Assembly (NCBI GenBank): GCA_965226795.1
Contig: CBDDDZ010000005.1
Coordinates: 704,001 to 768,000, forward strand
From: Candidatus Latescibacterota bacterium
GTDB lineage: Bacteria > Latescibacterota > UBA2968 > GCA-2709665
Length of the DNA stretch: 64,000 nucleotides
Direction: 5' to 3'
Under the pieces are notes generated by a model. That model was not told where the DNA came from. It ran no database searches and saw only the letters and a list, made by a program, of their open reading frames with translations. The position numbers and the translations under genes were made by a program. How positions within the stretch are numbered: the stretch's first letter is position 1; each line of letters opens with the position of its first letter. Shown here piece after piece: positions 1 through 10,752 of the stretch.

Positions 1-116
1 CCCTCTTCAAAAAGGCGTAGCGCTTCTGCCAAGGGCAGGTTTCCGGCCTCCAGGGTTTCAACCGCGGCTTCCAGCTGCTTGAGCGCCTCTTCGAATGTGG
101 GTTCTACTTCTTCCAT
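1..116 (-). CDS. xseB: Exodeoxyribonuclease VII small subunit (5' part, runs off window)
   Basis: Manual translation from ATG at 116: MEEVEPTFEEALKQLEAAVETLEAGNLPLAEALRLFEEG; GAGGAG RBS; lies downstream of xseA. Confidence 0.93.
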   Translation of the reverse strand, partial: MEEVEPTFEEALKQLEAAVETLEAGNLPLAEALRLFEE

Positions 117-367
117 TGGACTCCTCATAGAGTTGAAGGGCTCATTTTTTACCCAATTTCGACTGGATCCGGGAAAGATCCGCACCGTGGCGAACCCGCG
201 GTGCGCGCAGCGGTCGGCACACCGCGTGCCCTATGGCATCTAAAGACAGGTTTGGACCGACGGGCATCTGCATCCAGGAATACCCTGCGTCCGGGGGATT
301 TTGAGTGCGTCTTTCAAGCAATGTCCGGTAACGCGGTCTGCGGATGGTCGCGAAATTCCGTTTCCAC

Positions 368-1579
<1,212 letters not shown>

Positions 1580-1581
1580 AC

Positions 1582-2370
1582 TCAAGACTCCTGCCAGTCG
1601 ATTCGCAACCGTTCGATGCGGGTAGCTTTTCCGGATTCGTTTTCGACTTCCACGACGACACCGCAAAGCTTGATGTCGTTTTCAGCCGGTTCAAAACGGA
1701 CCGGAGTACGCTCCAGAAACCGATGGATCACGGCCTCCTTCCGGGCGCCGATGACGGAGTCGTGAGGGCCGGTCATGCCGGCATCCGACATAAAGGCTGT
1801 GCCGCCCGGCAGAATGCGCTCATCGGCGGTCTGTACGTGCGTGTGCGTGCCGAGGACGGCGCTGGCGCGGCCGTCCATAAACCATCCGTATGCGATCTTT
1901 TCGGAACTTGCTTCCGCGTGAAAGTCGATGGCGATCACCGGGGTCTGCCGGCGGAGGCGGTCCACAATATCTCTCCCGACGCGGAATGGACAGTCCAGGT
2001 CGAGCATATGCACGCGGCCCTGTATGCAGACAACACCGATCCGGACGCCGTTTGAGGCGGTGAAAATACCGTAGCCGGCGCCGCCGACGCTCTCCGGGAA
2101 ATTCGCGGGACGCAGAACGCGATCGGAACCCTGTATGAACGGGATGGCGTCTTTGCGATCCCAGACGTGGTTTCCCGTGGTGATTACATCGACACCGTAC
2201 GCGAAGAGCTTCTTTGCGATATTCCCGGTGATGCCGAATCCCCCGGCGGCATTTTCTCCATTGGCTATACAGAAATCGATCCGGTGGCTCTCCTTGAGCC
2301 GTGGAATCAGATCCGCGGCCGCCTTTCTGCCCGGCCTACCGTAGATATCGCCGACAAACAGAATATTCAA
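1582..2370 (-). CDS. ymdB: YmdB/TIGR00282-family metallophosphoesterase
   Basis: GDIYG, NGENAAGG, TGNH, DFHAEASSEK, GTHTHVQTAD motifs; downstream of rny. Confidence 0.92.
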   Translation of the reverse strand: MNILFVGDIYGRPGRKAAADLIPRLKESHRIDFCIANGENAAGGFGITGNIAKKLFAYGVDVITTGNHVWDRKDAIPFIQGSDRVLRPANFPESVGGAGYGIFTASNGVRIGVVCIQGRVHMLDLDCPFRVGRDIVDRLRRQTPVIAIDFHAEASSEKIAYGWFMDGRASAVLGTHTHVQTADERILPGGTAFMSDAGMTGPHDSVIGARKEAVIHRFLERTPVRFEPAENDIKLCGVVVEVENESGKATRIERLRIDWQES

Positions 2371-2539
2371 ATGGACACCTGTGAAAAACAGTCAACGATT
2401 GACGTTGCGTAACCCTCGGGAAGGCGGATTGTTCGCCTCCGGAAGGAAAAAAACCGGTAACGGACAGCGGGGCAATACGGTCGTTTGGGATACGGATGCA
2501 GCGGCAAGCATGGAAGTGGCCGGATTTGAGCCGGGCGCG

Positions 2540-4126
2540 TTAACGTGCAAAATCCACCGATCGCGTTTCTCTAATGACGGTTACCTTTACGGGCCCCGGG
2601 CAGGTGGCGTCTTCGGTAAGCCGCGAGACGATTTGCGTGGCCAGCCGTTCCGTGTCTGCGTCGCTCATCATATCGGAGTCCGCTACCACGCGGACTTCCT
2701 GTCCGGCCTTGATGGCGAAGACCGATTCCACGCCGTGTACCATCTTGGCGATGGACTCCAAGCGTTCCAGCCGTCTTACGTAATTCTCAATCTGTTCACG
2801 CTGCGCGCCCGGTCGCGACCGGGATATGCAATCGGCTGCGTCGACAAGCACGGCAACGGGCGAAACGGGATCCGCGTCTCCGTGATGGGACTCGATCGCG
2901 TTTATAACGATCGCGTCTTCACCATATTTGCGCGCAAGGTCCGCGCCATTCTCTCCGTATGTGCCCTCGGCTTCGTGCGCCAGCCCTTTGCCAATGTCGT
3001 GAAGCAAACCCGCGCGTTTGGCCAGCTGGGCGTTGAGACCGAGCGATGTGGCTATCATGCCCGAAAGAAAGGCCACTTCCTTACTGTGATTCAGCACATT
3101 CTGACCGTAGCTCGTACGGTATTTGAGACGGCCCAGGCAGGCGATGAGACGATCGTGCAGGCCCGGCACGCCAACGTCGAACGCCGCTTGAACGCCGGCG
3201 TCGTACATGACCTCCTGAATAGACTCTCTCGACTTTTGTACTAGTTCTTCGATCCGGCCCGGGTGGATGCGTCCGTCCAGAATCAGTTGTTCCATGGCAA
3301 TCTGGGCAATGGCCCGGCGTATGGGGTCGAACCCCGACAGTATAACAGCTTCCGGCGTGTCGTCGATCGTGACATCCACACCCGTAGCCATCTCAAAGGC
3401 GCGAATGTTCCGCCCTTCACGCCCGATGATTCGCCCCTTCATCTCGTCGGAAGGCAGGCGCACTACCGCAACGGTGGATTCGATCGTATGGTCTGCGGCC
3501 AATCTCTGAATCGCTGCGGCTATGATTTCCCGGGCTTCATCGTCGGCGCGGACGAGGGCGTCGTCGCGGATTTCCTTTAGCCGCCATTCCGCATCGCGTT
3601 CAGCCTCTTCTTCCATGTTGGCCATCAGGACACGTTTTGCCTCTTCCTTTGTGAGTCCTGCGATTTGTTCCAGGCGCCTGTTCTGCCTCAGCCGGCTTTG
3701 TTCCAGTTCCCGTTCCTGGCCGGCGAGTTGCTCCTCCAGCAACCGGAGTTGCTCATTTTTATCGGTAGCCAGCTTTTCCTTGTCGTTCAACAGGTCCGCG
3801 CGTTTGTCAAGCTGCCGTCTCAGGCTGCTCAGCTTCATGTCTTCCCTGGCGGATCGTTCGCGCTTTTCCTCCAGTTCCTGTTCAAACCGGAGCCGCTCCT
3901 GCTGTATCCTGTCCTTGGCTTCCAGGACCGCCGTCCGCTTCATTGCATCCGCTTCGGTCTGGGCATCTTCAAGGATTTTTTCCGCGGAGAGTTCGGCGCG
4001 ATGGATCTTGCTCTGCGCAATCTTGCCGCTGATCAGCCATCCCAGGATATACCCCAAAATAAGCAGGCCGGCCGACAGCATCATAACTGTCACGACTTCC
4101 AGGGTCGTATCTATCGGCAGGTTCAT
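2540..4126 (-). CDS. rny: Ribonuclease Y
   Basis: N-terminal TM helix, coiled coil, KH domain (KGRIIGREGRNIR), HD domain (LLHDIGK). Confidence 0.96.
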   Translation of the reverse strand: MNLPIDTTLEVVTVMMLSAGLLILGYILGWLISGKIAQSKIHRAELSAEKILEDAQTEADAMKRTAVLEAKDRIQQERLRFEQELEEKRERSAREDMKLSSLRRQLDKRADLLNDKEKLATDKNEQLRLLEEQLAGQERELEQSRLRQNRRLEQIAGLTKEEAKRVLMANMEEEAERDAEWRLKEIRDDALVRADDEAREIIAAAIQRLAADHTIESTVAVVRLPSDEMKGRIIGREGRNIRAFEMATGVDVTIDDTPEAVILSGFDPIRRAIAQIAMEQLILDGRIHPGRIEELVQKSRESIQEVMYDAGVQAAFDVGVPGLHDRLIACLGRLKYRTSYGQNVLNHSKEVAFLSGMIATSLGLNAQLAKRAGLLHDIGKGLAHEAEGTYGENGADLARKYGEDAIVINAIESHHGDADPVSPVAVLVDAADCISRSRPGAQREQIENYVRRLERLESIAKMVHGVESVFAIKAGQEVRVVADSDMMSDADTERLATQIVSRLTEDATCPGPVKVTVIRETRSVDFAR

Positions 4127-4158
4127 TTTGGTTTCACCGTCCTATTAAATCCATGCAC

Positions 4159-4250
4159 AAAAAAACCCGCTTGCATTCATCCGGTTCCGTACATCCCGTC
4201 CGGTTTACAATGATCGCTCCGGATGGTTACAGATGAACGCAGCAGGCAAC
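4159..4250 (-). ncRNA. ssrS: Compact 6S RNA-like hairpin
   Basis: Between zapA and rny, the usual ssrS position; minus-strand arms CCTGCTGCGTTCATCTG / CGGATGAATGCAAGCGGG close a central bubble and an inner CCGG stem, followed by U7; ends approximate. Confidence 0.65.
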
Positions 4251-4317
4251 ACCGAAATCGTCGATCCGGCAGGCGTGCCGGGAATCGTTGGCACGCCCTT
4301 ACTGTTTGAGGTTGTCT

Positions 4318-4602
4318 CTACGCAATCCGGTTTGTGAAGGACGCCAGATTGTGGGTCTGTTCCGTCAGGGTCTTTCCCAACTTCCGACTGGCTTCTTCCT
4401 CTTTAAGCAGTTCGTGGGCGAGATTGACGGCCGCAACGACTGCAATTTTGGCAACCGAACGAAGCGAAATATAGTTCGCGACATCACGCATTTTCCGGTC
4501 GACGTTCCGGGCTACGGCCCGGGCATGGTCCGGGTCACCTTCCGTGTAGATGCTGTATTCGGTGCCGAAGATCTGGACGCGTATTACCGGTTGTTCAGAC
4601 AT
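4318..4602 (-). CDS. zapA: Cell division protein ZapA
   Basis: VQIFGTEYSI...VARNVDRKMRDV...KIAVVAAVNLAHEL. Confidence 0.9.
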   Translation of the reverse strand: MSEQPVIRVQIFGTEYSIYTEGDPDHARAVARNVDRKMRDVANYISLRSVAKIAVVAAVNLAHELLKEEEASRKLGKTLTEQTHNLASFTNRIA

Positions 4603-4668
4603 GAAACCTCGGGACATCCGGAGGCAATGTGAAACTCTGGGGTTCGGTGTTGATGTAGGCTGTGCCGT

Positions 4669-5130
4669 TTACGCTGTATTCACTGAATCCAGACGCGAGA
4701 TCATAGTTTCGATTTTGCGTTGGATTTCCTCCTTGTTCTCAATCAGGGAAGCGTTATCGTCGTAAATGGACCGGAGGCGTTCCCTTTCGGTCTGCAATTC
4801 GGAGATAGCCTGGTCCTGGTTTTCCAGCCGTTCCTGAAGCTCATGTTTGCTCTGCTGTAGTTCGGCGATTTCCCGTCGTAACTGTTGGATAATATCCACA
4901 GCGCGATCGATTTCACCAATAAGGAGATCAAGTTGTTCGGAAACGCGATTTTCCGACTCCAGCCGGTCCTCCTCCCGGTCGTCGGTTTCGGGCTGTCCGT
5001 CTGCCTTGACGGGCGTTTCTGCTGCATCATCCGACATCGACTGTACGTCCGTCTGTTCGACAGATTCGAACGGATTGTCGTTTCGAATGCCGGAATCCAG
5101 CTGTTCGTTTACCCGGTCTTGCGCTTCCAT
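4669..5130 (-). CDS. Coiled-coil protein, ZapB-like, with acidic N-terminal extension
   Basis: Heptad-rich C-terminal ~90 aa; directly upstream of zapA. Confidence 0.7.
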   Translation of the reverse strand: MEAQDRVNEQLDSGIRNDNPFESVEQTDVQSMSDDAAETPVKADGQPETDDREEDRLESENRVSEQLDLLIGEIDRAVDIIQQLRREIAELQQSKHELQERLENQDQAISELQTERERLRSIYDDNASLIENKEEIQRKIETMISRLDSVNTA

Positions 5131-5340
5131 GTATTCACCCTTTCATCGCTGTCGGTTTTTCCCGATCGGTTTTTTTCAGTGAGGGGAAAAATATACGTTT
5201 GCGTAACCCTACACTACGCAATGTAATGCCTCCATGGCCTAAAGTCAAGGGTGGGATACCATACTTGACGCACGGGGAGCGAAAACGGAATCGATGCGAG
5301 GGGACGCTTTTCTGATGGATTCCGCGACTTGGAGGGCAAT

Positions 5341-5694
5341 TTACAGGTGTTGTCGGGCCTGTTCAGCCAGCGCTGTGAATGCCGCTGCATCCGTGATTGC
5401 GAGGTTGGCCAGAACTTTCCGGTCGACGGAAATATCGGCTTTTTTCAGGCCGCTGATCAGGCTGCTGTAGGACAGCCCGTTAAGCCGGGCGGCGGCGTTG
5501 ACCCGAACGATCCACAGAGAGCGGAAATTTCTCTTTTTTTGACGACGGTCCCTATACGCATAGGAAAGCGCATGGTTGACGGCGTCGTCCGCGGTGCGGT
5601 ACAGCTTGCTTCGCCCGCCCCGGTATCCGCGCGCGGCTTTCAGTACTTTTTTCCGTCGGCGTCGCGAAGCGACGCTATTCGTTGATCTCGACAT
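5341..5694 (-). CDS. rplT: 50S ribosomal protein L20
   Basis: [41 protein letters not shown]. Confidence 0.97.
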   Translation of the reverse strand: MSRSTNSVASRRRRKKVLKAARGYRGGRSKLYRTADDAVNHALSYAYRDRRQKKRNFRSLWIVRVNAAARLNGLSYSSLISGLKKADISVDRKVLANLAITDAAAFTALAEQARQHL

Positions 5695-5823
5695 GTCGAT
5701 GGTCTCCTTGTAGCGCCTGGCAGTGTCAAGGGCAGGTGTTGCCGCGCCCGCCATGGCCTTCTAATGATGAACCCCTGTCTGCTCGCGGGAAGGGAACTTC
5801 CGAAATAAAGGGGTAACAGCCCG

Positions 5824-6018
5824 TCAGTTCGGAAGCAGGCGCCTTACGCGGTTCTGGTCGGATTTGTGGACCGCGGTGGATTTGCGCAGATGCATCTTTC
5901 GTTTGCTGCTCTTGCTTGCCAGGTTATGGGTAACCGTTGATTTCCCGCGGCCGATCACGCCGGATTTCCGGCGTTTGAAGCGTTTCGCGGCCCCACGGTG
6001 TGTTTTCATTTTGGGCAC
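5824..6018 (-). CDS. rpmI: 50S ribosomal protein L35
   Basis: GTG start, PKMKTHRGAAKRFK. Confidence 0.96.
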   Translation of the reverse strand: MPKMKTHRGAAKRFKRRKSGVIGRGKSTVTHNLASKSSKRKMHLRKSTAVHKSDQNRVRRLLPN

Positions 6019-6152
6019 GTTTAACTCCTCGGAAAAACCCGTTTTCGCCATCCGCAATGGACACGGAAAATGGGCAACCTGGAGCGAGGGAAAAGGCGAG
6101 ATCCGAATTATACTGCCTCCTGTGTTCCCGCTCCGGGCGCTATCGGTGGATG

Positions 6153-6689
6153 TTATTTCGGCGCGATGATGATAAGGATGTTTCGGCCTTCGTCTTTGAT
6201 GGGCAATTCGGCCACGCCGGTTTCCCGAAGGTCGTCCACCGCGCGTTCGAGAAGCACCCTGCCCTGTGGGCGGTACATATTCTGACGACCTCGAAATTCC
6301 ACGGAAATCCTGACTTTGTGGCGGTGCTTCAAAAAATTCTCGGCATGGCGGATCTTGAATTCGTAATCGTGATCGCTGATTCTGGGACCCAGTCGAATCT
6401 CTTTCAGTTGCGACCCGCTTTTTTTGCCCTTTTTCTGTTTTTTGCTCTGTTCATATCGGTACTTGCCGTAATTCATGATTCGGCACACCGGAGGTCGGGC
6501 GTTAGGAGCAACTTCGACCAGGTCGAGGTCGGCCTCCAATGCCATTTCGATTGCCTTCCGGGTTTCAACGATCCCGACCTGTTCGCCCTCGTTGTCGACC
6601 AGGCGAATCTGCGGAATGCGGATCTGCTCGTTGACACGAGGTGCTTTTTCCTGCTTTCGATCTCGAAAACCTCTTGGACCTCTGTTGAT
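6153..6689 (-). CDS. infC: Translation initiation factor IF-3 (ATC start)
   Basis: Frame stays open upstream of the track ORF (RVNEQIRIPQIRLVD); GGAGGT RBS lies 7 nt before ATC at 6689; PPVCRIMNYGKYRY motif. Confidence 0.93.
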   Translation of the reverse strand: MNRGPRGFRDRKQEKAPRVNEQIRIPQIRLVDNEGEQVGIVETRKAIEMALEADLDLVEVAPNARPPVCRIMNYGKYRYEQSKKQKKGKKSGSQLKEIRLGPRISDHDYEFKIRHAENFLKHRHKVRISVEFRGRQNMYRPQGRVLLERAVDDLRETGVAELPIKDEGRNILIIIAPK

Positions 6690-6747
6690 ACCGATTACCT
6701 CCGAATTTGATCCGGCCCGTTGTCGGCCAAATTGGATAATAGAGGGG

Positions 6748-8697
6748 CTACGCGGCGCTTTTCGTCTCTACTTCCTTCTGCATCCTGGCAATCAGGTCGA
6801 TTGTGGACATGCTTCCCAGGTCACCGGCGCCATGCCTGCGAACCGAGATGGATTGCGCGTCGAGTTCCTGTTTGCCTACGATGATCATGTATGGAATCTT
6901 CTGAACTTCCGCCTCGCGAATCTTGAAACCGAGTTTGGCGTCCTGGGGGTCGATTTCGGCGCGGAGCCCCGCGCTGGTGAGATGGCAGGCAACCTGTCTG
7001 GCATAGTCGGCGAAGGGATCGGAAACCGGAAGCACGACAACCTGCACCGGCGCCAGCCAGAGCGGGAAGTTTCCCGCGTAGTGTTCGATCAGGAGGCCGA
7101 AGAACCGCTCCACGGCGCCCAGGAGGGCGCGATGCACCATGTAGGGCCGATGGAATTTTCCGTCGGGACCGACAAAGCTCAGGTCGAAGCGTTCCGGCAG
7201 ATTGAAATCGAACTGAATGGTGGTGCACTGCCATTCCCTGTTTAAGGCATCGTTGATGGTCACGTCGATCTTGGGCCCGTAAAAAGCGCCGGCGCCCTCG
7301 TCGATCCGGTAGGGCAACTTCTGCCTGTCGACTGCCCGTTTGAGAGCGTCGGTGGCTCTTTCCCAGTCGGCCGGATCTCCAACCGACTTCCCGGGCCGGG
7401 TTGAGATGTAAACGTTGAAGTCTTCAAACCCGAAAGACTTGAGGATGAACAGCGTGAAGTCGATAACCCGGGCGACTTCGTCCTCCACCTGTTCGGGACG
7501 ACAGAAGATATGGGCGTCGTCCTGGGTGAATCCGCGCACCCGCAACAACCCGTGCAGCGTGCCGACCATTTCGTAGCGATAGACGGTACCCAGTTCGGCC
7601 CAGCGAAAGGGGAGCTCCCGATAGCTTCGCCTCCGGGATTTGTAAATGAGGCTGTGGAAGGGGCAATTCATCGGTTTGGCGAAATACGCCTGGCCGTCGA
7701 TATCCATTGGTGGGTACATGTTCTCGTGAAAGAAATCCAGGTGTCCACTGGTTTCCCAGAGTTGGGACCGGCCAATATGGGGCGAACCGACCAGTTCGTA
7801 CCCGCCGCCGTAATGCGCTTCGCGCCAGAAATCTTCAATTTGATTCCTGATTCGCGCGCCCTTGGGGTGCCAGAGGACGAGACCCGGGCCGGCGGTATCG
7901 TTGATCGAGAAGAGATCGAGACGCCCACCCAGGGTGCGGTGGTCCCGATTCCTGGCTTCTTCAAGGTACTCGAGATAGGCGTTGAGGTCTTTCTGGCCCG
8001 GAAAGGAGATGCCGTAGATGCGCTGGAGCATCACGTTGTTTTCGTCTCCCCGCCAGTATGCGCCCGAAGAACTCAGCAACTTGACCGCCTTGATGCGGCC
8101 GGTGTCCGGAACATGCGGCCCCCGGCACAGGTCCAGCCATTTTTCAGTATTTTTATAGATGCTGATGGTTTCGCCGGGTTCTATTTCCTCCAGGATTTCC
8201 AGTTTGTAGGTTTCACCGCGCTCTTCGAAGTGATCGATCGCGGCTTCCCTGGTGATTTCCTGGCGCTCAAAGGGCTGGGCCTCCGCAATGAGTTCCCGCA
8301 TGCGAATTTCGATCCGGTGCAATTCGTCCGGCGTGAACGGCTTTTTCCGGTCGAAGTCGTAGTAGAAGCCATTCTCGATGGGCGGGCCCAGCGTGACTTT
8401 GACGTCTGGAAACAGATCCTGCACCGCCTGCGCCATAATGTGAGCGGTGCTGTGCCAGTACACTTCTTTGCCGGCATCGCTGGAGAAGGTGAGGATTTCC
8501 AGCTCGACGCTGTCGTCCAGCGCACATGTGAGATCCATAGCGCGGCCGTTGACCTTTCCGGCCAGTGCCGCGCGGGCAAGTCCCGAGCCGATGGATTCGG
8601 CCACCTGCAGGATTGTGACACCCGCGCGAAAGTTTTTTCGGGAGCCATCGGGCAGGTTGACCGTTATATTGCCGGTTTCAGGCATCGTATTTGACAC
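6748..8697 (-). CDS. thrS: Threonine--tRNA ligase
   Basis: TGS domain, HSTAH and DLCRGPH editing motifs, KPMNCPFH, RVRGFTQDDAHIF, GAFYGPKID. Confidence 0.98.
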   Translation of the reverse strand: MSNTMPETGNITVNLPDGSRKNFRAGVTILQVAESIGSGLARAALAGKVNGRAMDLTCALDDSVELEILTFSSDAGKEVYWHSTAHIMAQAVQDLFPDVKVTLGPPIENGFYYDFDRKKPFTPDELHRIEIRMRELIAEAQPFERQEITREAAIDHFEERGETYKLEILEEIEPGETISIYKNTEKWLDLCRGPHVPDTGRIKAVKLLSSSGAYWRGDENNVMLQRIYGISFPGQKDLNAYLEYLEEARNRDHRTLGGRLDLFSINDTAGPGLVLWHPKGARIRNQIEDFWREAHYGGGYELVGSPHIGRSQLWETSGHLDFFHENMYPPMDIDGQAYFAKPMNCPFHSLIYKSRRRSYRELPFRWAELGTVYRYEMVGTLHGLLRVRGFTQDDAHIFCRPEQVEDEVARVIDFTLFILKSFGFEDFNVYISTRPGKSVGDPADWERATDALKRAVDRQKLPYRIDEGAGAFYGPKIDVTINDALNREWQCTTIQFDFNLPERFDLSFVGPDGKFHRPYMVHRALLGAVERFFGLLIEHYAGNFPLWLAPVQVVVLPVSDPFADYARQVACHLTSAGLRAEIDPQDAKLGFKIREAEVQKIPYMIIVGKQELDAQSISVRRHGAGDLGSMSTIDLIARMQKEVETKSAA

Positions 8698-8957
8698 GTT
8701 CAGGATTAACGGGACGAATCGGCTGAAACGTCATTAACTATCAATCTAATGAATATTCTTTAGAATAACGAGTGGGACCACCGCTCTGACAGAACCGGCG
8801 CGACCTTCGGCGTCCGGCCTCTCTTTCGCATAATAAAAAAACGCGCGAACTGTCTACTTGCGCGTCGTATTCAGCAAAGCACCAGGTGACAAACGATCCT
8901 TTCCGTTGACACTCCTCCGCAAGTAGGTTGGTGGGCATATACTTATGCCATTCAATA

Positions 8958-8986
8958 AATTTAAATTATCAGGATCGGGTTGTCAA
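8958..8986 (-). promoter_or_regulatory. Sigma70-type promoter upstream of the thrS leader
   Basis: Minus strand TTGACA-17 nt-TAAATT. Confidence 0.6.
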
Positions 8987-9117
8987 GGGAAAACTCCGGT
9001 TCCGGCAGTGTAATTCAACGCAGATTCGTCCCGCGAGGAAGGCCTGCGGCGACCGACGTTTCGAGTCCCGCGTTGTGTATCCGGACAACGCTCTTTTCAG
9101 GAATGCTCACCATGTCG

Positions 9118-9771
9118 TTACGGGAGGTCGAGCATCTTGTGGACCCGACAGGATAGCCGCCATGCGGGGTGGCGTTTGAGGATTTCGAGGGTTTTGCCGA
9201 GGTATTCCGGTTTGCTTGACTCGGGTTGGAGGTAGACATACTCGGCGCGGTCCTCTTCGACGATGTCCTCGTGAAAGTTTTTTCCGACCACGTACTTGAG
9301 TTCGTTGATGAACCTGAGACCGCCCGCGATGGTTTTTCTCTTGGGGGAGACGGTCCAGTGCTCGATAAGGTCGTAGAGGTCGGGATCCGGATCGATGGCG
9401 CCGTTGGTTTCGATGTGGATGAAGTAATTCCCCGCTCGGAGTTCCCGGCAGAGCGGGCCGATGTTCTGGCCGAGGGGTTCGCCGCCGGTAAGGCAGACCC
9501 ATGAGGCGGTGTGGCGGCCGACTTCGGCCAGGATTTCGCCGATATCGAGTTCGGTGTACGTATCGAATTCGGTGTCGCAGAAGAAGCAGCGCAGGTTGCA
9601 TCTGGCGAGGCGTACGAAAGTGGTGGGCTGGCCGACGCGCAGACCCTCGCCTTCAATGGAGTAGAAGATCTCGTTAATCTGCAGCGTCCGGCCATCTTTG
9701 CGCCAGAGCGGCATCCGGTCGGCTGGCGCGTGAGGGATGCCTTCCAGCATGTCGGGGTCTCTAGGGGACAA
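9118..9771 (-). CDS. queE: 7-carboxy-7-deazaguanine synthase (radical SAM)
   Basis: EIFYSIEGEG, CNLRCFFCDT, LTGGEPL, IETNG, VSPK, YLQP; start uncertain. Confidence 0.88.
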   Translation of the reverse strand: MSPRDPDMLEGIPHAPADRMPLWRKDGRTLQINEIFYSIEGEGLRVGQPTTFVRLARCNLRCFFCDTEFDTYTELDIGEILAEVGRHTASWVCLTGGEPLGQNIGPLCRELRAGNYFIHIETNGAIDPDPDLYDLIEHWTVSPKRKTIAGGLRFINELKYVVGKNFHEDIVEEDRAEYVYLQPESSKPEYLGKTLEILKRHPAWRLSCRVHKMLDLP

Positions 9772-10024
9772 GACAGGCTCCGGTCGGTCGGCGTTATGTG
9801 GTTGTGTGCCGCAGAAGAGAAATAATGGAAAACCGGGACCTTAAACAAGGAAAATCCTTGACATCGTCCACCGCGATTTTAATATTCCTGACCGTTCTGG
9901 GCATCCACAGGGGAACACTCCTTTTTTTGTGACGATATCGTCGGGTGACCGGCGTTCCCGCAGGCGCGTCGATAGGATTCTTTCAAGCGGGTTGCGGTCC
10001 GCGGCGTTATTGAAGGGCGATCGT

Positions 10025-10705
10025 GTGGCAGACCGGACGTATGAAGCGGTGATATTCGATGTGGACGGTGTGATCGTGGATTCCGAAACGGTGTATTGCG
10101 AGACGTTCAACAGGACATTGGCGGATTACGGTGCAGGGATAAGCCCGGACGATTATGCGGTTTGCGTGGGGCATCCGGTGGAAGAAAACAGCGCGTACGC
10201 CGTCGAACGATACGGATTGGATGTGACGCCCGCCCTGTTCCGCGAGATCTGGATGGTTCGATTCGAGGAAGCGATCTCAGATCCCGAGCGGGTGTTGTTG
10301 ATGCCGGGAATCCAGGAACTGCTGGCGCATGTCCGGTCCCGTGGCTACCTGCTCGCCCTGGCTTCGTCTACGCAACGTTGCCGGATGATGAAGACGCTGG
10401 GCAGCGGTCTGCTATCCAGAATGGATGCCGTACATGACCTGGCCGATGTGTTTGACGTCATGCTGTCCGGCAGCGACGTCGAACGGCTGAAACCGGCGCC
10501 GGATATCTATTTGATGGCGGCCGAGAAACTGGCGGTCGAACCGGAGCGATGCGCGGTAATCGAAGATAGCGAGGCGGGCGTCAAAGCCGGCAGGGCCGCC
10601 GGGATGACCGTGTTCGCGGTGCCGAATTTCTTCACAACGCGTCAGTACCACGGCGACGCCGATTTCGTCCTTGGCGGACTGACGGACGCGTTACGGTATT
10701 TTTGA
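10025..10705 (+). CDS. HAD-family phosphatase (beta-PGM/CbbY-like)
   Basis: FDVDGVIVDS, KPAPDIY, IEDSEAG. Confidence 0.9.
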   Translation: MADRTYEAVIFDVDGVIVDSETVYCETFNRTLADYGAGISPDDYAVCVGHPVEENSAYAVERYGLDVTPALFREIWMVRFEEAISDPERVLLMPGIQELLAHVRSRGYLLALASSTQRCRMMKTLGSGLLSRMDAVHDLADVFDVMLSGSDVERLKPAPDIYLMAAEKLAVEPERCAVIEDSEAGVKAGRAAGMTVFAVPNFFTTRQYHGDADFVLGGLTDALRYF

Positions 10706-10752
10706 AATCGGCAGCGACCCGGTGCTGGAAACGGCCGCTTCCCCGCCGGGCG

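Noticed and set aside
5695..6152. ~130-nt spacers around rpmI as an L20 leader
   Set aside because: Plausible position, but no structure I could support without covariance analysis
8765..8790. GCGGTGGTCCCAC resembling a T-box upstream of thrS
   Set aside because: Poor match to GGTGGNACCGCG, lies downstream of the terminator, and no stem I or specifier loop was recognisable
9772..9930. Possible preQ1 riboswitch upstream of queE
   Set aside because: No preQ1 stem-loop plus A-rich tail found
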